Source: Cyanophora paradoxa CCMP329
Lineage: Eukaryota > Plantae > Glaucophyta
Assembly (NCBI GenBank): GCA_004431415.1
Contig: QPMI01000494.1
Span: 62,001 to 126,000, forward strand
Length of the DNA stretch: 64,000 nucleotides
Direction: 5' to 3'
Of the stretch, positions 59,790-64,000 are shown piece after piece. The position numbers were made by a program, and so were the translations under genes. Position 1 is the stretch's first letter. The number at the start of each line of letters is the position of its first letter. The notes beneath the pieces were generated by a model that worked only from the letters and a program-made list of their open reading frames with translations, searched no databases and was not told the DNA's origin.

Positions 59790-60099
59790 ATTCTGCGCGC
59801 GCGCGCGAGTGAAGTTTAGCCGCGTAGCTCGTCAATCCTCGCGGACGCAGGGCATATATATTCAACGCTTGCAATTGCTTAAATTAAAGGCACCGCATCG
59901 GCCTGACAGAACTCGGAAGCACGCTTCTCTCATGATCAAGATCTAGATCAAAGACTCACGACCACTGTGCGCCCGTACGCGTGCCCGTGCCCCCACCCCG
60001 CTAGTCGCACACGTACGCATGCAAGCGCACCTGGCTAGTCACCGAGACACTCGCGTACGCGCGAAGCTGCAGCAAGGAGAATTCGAGATGCTTCATCGA

Positions 60100-60980
60100 T
60101 GTTAGTTAGGAGCACTGGCCCCCTCCACCTTCCAGTTCCTCGTGTATTCCATGCCTTCCCTGTACCTTTGATTCCGTTCCCTTTGTCGTTAGCTCTGCCT
60201 CTTCCTCCTCCATCTCTCACTGTTAGCCCTCAGGCAGTTCCGCCTCTTTATCTTCAGCGACCGTCAGACCGTATAGTTTTTGGCAGCGAGTATTTTGTGT
60301 ATGGTGACGTTCCTCGTGTGTACCCTTCTCTCTCTTCTACTTCGCTATATTTGCCTCTCCCGCCTGGTTCAGCCCCATCGTCTGCCTTCCCTGTCACTAC
60401 TGGCTTGCGTTTCGCCCTCCTCTTATACTGCCGATTCCGAGTCTGCACCCGAGCTCTGCCCCTTTCCTCGTGTCGTCCCCAGTTCCTCAGATTAGTCTTC
60501 AGCCGTCCATTGTTTTACCAACTCTACAATCTCGATTCCGTTTAGACACTCCGCCAGCTTCGACTTTCCCTCTAGTGGTGTCCTACGTTTCGCCTCTCCT
60601 ACTGTTCTACCGCCTTTGCCTCCTGCGACTACGTCTTCTAGTTCTGCTGTTAGCTCTGTCTTGTCGTCTTCGTCTAGATCTTCGTCTTCGACTGTAGTTC
60701 CTCGTGCTCGTTCTCCTTATTTGCTGCGTCCCCGTGCTCCTCGTCGTTCTAGTGTGACTAGTACTTCTGCATCGACGCTCTTGAGCTCTTCTACTCCTTC
60801 TCCTCGTGCTCGTTCTCCTTATCTTTTGCGTTCTTCTGATCGTGTCCCTTCTCGTGATCCCTCTTGATTCTGTATATATTTTGTGCTAGTTTACTGTATC
60901 TTTGATTTGTGATTGCTTTGTTGTCTTTAATATCACTACCTACGGGGGGTTCGCCCCACCGTAGTCTCTCAAAAAAAAAA
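60100..60980 (+). mobile_element. Longer copy of the family A retroelement 3' region (pyrimidine-rich UTR, terminal hairpin, poly(A))
   Basis: Strong C/T strand skew over ~880 bp. Hairpin at 60940-60964 and A10 at 60971-60980. The last ~115 bp match 3171-3295. 5' boundary approximate; no TSD found. Confidence 0.7.
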
Positions 60981-61745
60981 TACTCTTCGGCTTCGAGAAC
61001 TGGCGCCGCGACGAGCTCGACTTGCGCTTCTACCGAATTGCGCAAAAAAGCAGCTGAGGAGCCTGAGGGCCTGAGGCTGCTGAGCGCTGGCTTGTTTTGT
61101 TTTTTGTAAGCTTGGAACTTGTTGACTCAGTGAGGGACTTGAGGGCCGAACTTGAAGCCCAGTACATTCGTACTACTAATAGTCTACTATAGCCTATAGG
61201 AGCCTGCTCACTGCTCAGCCTGGTAGGAGCGGCGGCCGCGGGTAGGAGCCGGCGCCGGATCCGGCAGAGTCCGAACTCATGATCAAGGGTTCTCCGAACG
61301 GACTCGCGAGTGGAAAGTTTTTAATCTCCGATCGAGTTTTTTACTCGAGTCGTCGGATCTCGAGTGCAAGCTGCAAGGTTCCGAAGGCTCTTAGTAGGCT
61401 AGCCAAGCCTAGCTTGCGACTCAAGTTGCGAGCTTGCGACTAAGTTGCGACTGGACTCCGAAGAAACATAGGGCTAGCCCGGCTAGGGTTTAAGGAGGCT
61501 GGGACCCGGGCTAGGAGCCTAGGGCCGAGCCGCCCGGGCGCTGCTACCCGGTAGCCTAGTAGGCTAGCTGGGCTGCATGCGCGCAAGCACGAGCTGAGGC
61601 AGCGGCATTTGCAGTTCTCGCCAAGTTGCAATCGTCCGACGGTCGCCTCCAGAACTAAAGCGGCTTCGGCGTTCTCATCAGATCTAGATCTAGATTCTCG
61701 CTCGAGCTTCCTCCCAGCTCTCGTTCGTAGCCGTACGCCCGCACC

Positions 61746-64000
61746 ATGTCGGTGAGCATCATATGCATGAGTTGCGGCCTGGTCACCGGGTCTCTAGCGG
61801 CCTATTCGAGGCCCTAGCGCACAGCAGGCTGCGGCCGCTCCGCATCGGACTCCCGCTCCCGGAGTCTGGCTTCGCGCTCGCCCGCGGCTGTCTTTGATAT
61901 CGATGTCCCCCGTCGCAGATCAAGTGCCAGGACGTTAAGCGCCTCTCTGAGTACACCGCCGCCGACGGCCAGGATGCGTGCGTTCAGCCGGCGCCCGCGG
62001 CCAGTTTGCAGGCCTAGGCCGCGCATGAGTTCGCCGCGCAGGGCGCAGGCGAAGCTTGTCATCACCAAGTCGCTGGCCAGCGACTTTGATTTCCAGGTAC
62101 GCGCGCGCGCATCCCGCCGCTGGCGCACGCACATGCCGCCCGGGCCCGTGCACGTGTGCACGCGCCGGCGTGCTCACGGCCGCTGCAGGGCCACCCGAGC
62201 GACTTCCGGGCGATCGACACGGACCACGACAACTTCGCGTCGCAGGCCGAGCTGCAGGCGTTCTTCGCGGCCCAGAGCCTGGACTCCACCACGATCAGCG
62301 AGCTGGTCCGCCTCGTTACTCGATCATTTCGGATTCTAGATCTATGCAGGCCGTCTGTGTGCGCTTAAATTGAACGCATTGTATCCTCCGCGCAGGTCGG
62401 CCTTTACGACGGTGCGCACGGAACTTCAGTTCGATTCATGCGCGGCCAGCGCGCGCGCTTTGGCTGCATGCAGCTCGCGCACGGCATTAATATTGCTGGG
62501 ACATAGCTATATATAAGTAGAGAGGCAGCTGGGCCCCGCGAATTCTCTTACACTCCGGCTCTTTTCCTGCGCAGCGACCATCAAGCGTGCCGACAACAAG
62601 TACGCGAACGGCAATGCCGACGGCAAGCTCCACATTAACGAGTGCGCCGGCGCCCGTCCTTCTAAGATCTAGATCTCTAATTTTAGCTATTGATCACAAG
62701 GTGGCTATGTAGCCATGTAGCTCCCATATGCATGGCTTGATCATGACGGGGGTGACTCGCAGGTGGGTGAACTGCGGCGGGCACCCCCTCCAGTCGGACG
62801 CGTTGGATGCGGCGGCGGAGGACGAGGTCAACACCATCTGCCCCTGCGAGATCCCGAAGTGCCAGGAGCTCCCCGAGATCCCTCCGTGCCCCACCGTGCG
62901 CCCGCGCCCGCCCTCCAAGATCTAGCTAGAGCTTGGGCCCCGCGCATGCATATGCGGATCTAGATCTAGATCTAAATCTGCGGGCGGGCCGGGCCGCAGA
63001 CCGATGTCAGCAGCCTGGCGACCGCGAACGCTGTCAGCTCGCTGGACGCCAAGATCGACGGCCTCGACTTCGACTGCAACTGCCCCGAGGTGCGGCGTCC
63101 GCGCGCGCGGGCGGCCACTTGCCAGCATCTGGCTTCGTACTCACGACAAGCGCAGGTCGACCTGTCGGAGATCCTTAGCAAGCTCGACTCGCTCGCCAGC
63201 GACGTGACCACCATCAAGGGTGATGTGACCACCATCAAGACCGACGTGACCGACATCAAGGGCGACGTGTCCACCATCAAGACCGACGTGTCCACCATCA
63301 AGACCGACGTGACCGACATCAAGGGCGACGTGTCCACCATCAAGACCGACGTGTCCACCATCAAGACCGACGTGAACAACATCCAGGGCGACGTGACCAC
63401 CATTAAGGGCGACGTGTCCACCATCAAGACCGACGTGTCCACCGTTAACACCAAGGTGCGACTTGCCTATTTGCACTAACAGAAGACGCCATCAGCAGAT
63501 TTCTTAACCGCCTGCCCGGTAGGTCGACAACCTGAGCACCCAGATCGACAACTGTGCGCTGTCTTGCAACTGCAGCTGATCGTGACTAGCCACTCACCGA
63601 TCTGACGTGCGCACGCGCAGCGACCAAGACCATCACCGGCGCCGTCGGCGACTCGACGACCACGATCACGGGCGCGATCACCTCCGCGACCACCACGATC
63701 ACCGGCGCCGTCAACACCGCCGTCACCACCATCAACAGCAACACCGAAAGCTCGGTCAAGAACGGTCAGCGCGGATAAAATGACTAGATGGGTTTTTAAA
63801 AATTCGATGAAATGCTCTAGATTGATTCCACGTCTGACGCGGGTCGCGGCAGCGGCCACGGACATCAAGACCCACATCGACAACACGGCCACGACCATCA
63901 TCAACGACACGAAGACCAACATCGACAACTCGGCCAAGACCGTCATCGGCGACACGAAGACCAACATCGACAACTCGGCCACCAAGATCATCGGCGACAC
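61746..64000 (+). CDS. EF-hand protein with Cys/Pro linker and long repetitive coiled-coil; multi-exon, runs off window end
   Basis: ATG TCG|gtgag. EF-hand loops DTDHDNFASQAE and NGNADGKLHINE. CPCEIPKCQELPEIPPCP linker. Then 7-aa (DVSTIKT/G), 11-aa (TTTITGA....) and 15-aa (A.T.I.DTKTNIDNS) repeats in successive exons. Confidence 0.8.
63200..63455 (+). repeat. 21-bp coding tandem repeat (about 12 heptads)
   Basis: gacgtg(a/t)ccaccatcaag(acc/ggc) repeated; encodes DVTTIKG/DVSTIKT. Confidence 0.9.

Overview
GC-rich, intron-dense eukaryotic DNA, probably a unicellular alga or protist (short GT/GC-AG introns, often gtgcgc...cgcag). It is not prokaryotic: I found no operons, CRISPR arrays, rRNA or tRNA. 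The left arm (1-14.3 kb) carries a VIT-vWA gene, a secreted CUB/SP-repeat surface protein, an ACOT9-like thioesterase, a microprotein, COA5/PET191 and a PH-domain gene. The centre (14.4-46 kb) is repeat DNA: a Helentron-like element, poly(A)-tailed retro-insertions, a ~21.6-kb higher-order satellite (137-150-bp monomers) interrupted by a 1,694-bp Helitron-type insertion, and a 138-bp GC minisatellite. The right arm carries a hypothetical gene, a DUF4062-NACHT gene, a small acidic ORF and an EF-hand/coiled-coil fibre gene. The main discovery comes from comparing repeat copies. It shows a recurrent mutational process that converts a triplet XYZ into XYZ-rc(XYZ)-XYZ (+6 bp) or XYZ-C-rc(XYZ)-G-XYZ (+8 bp), where rc = reverse complement. 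This geometry is what hairpin-mediated excision of a transposon with a 3-bp target-site duplication (TSD) and C...G ends (CACTA/En-Spm-like) would leave. These footprints saturate promoter-proximal DNA and account for the length classes of the satellite monomers. Exon boundaries and protein calls were made by eye, without database searches.
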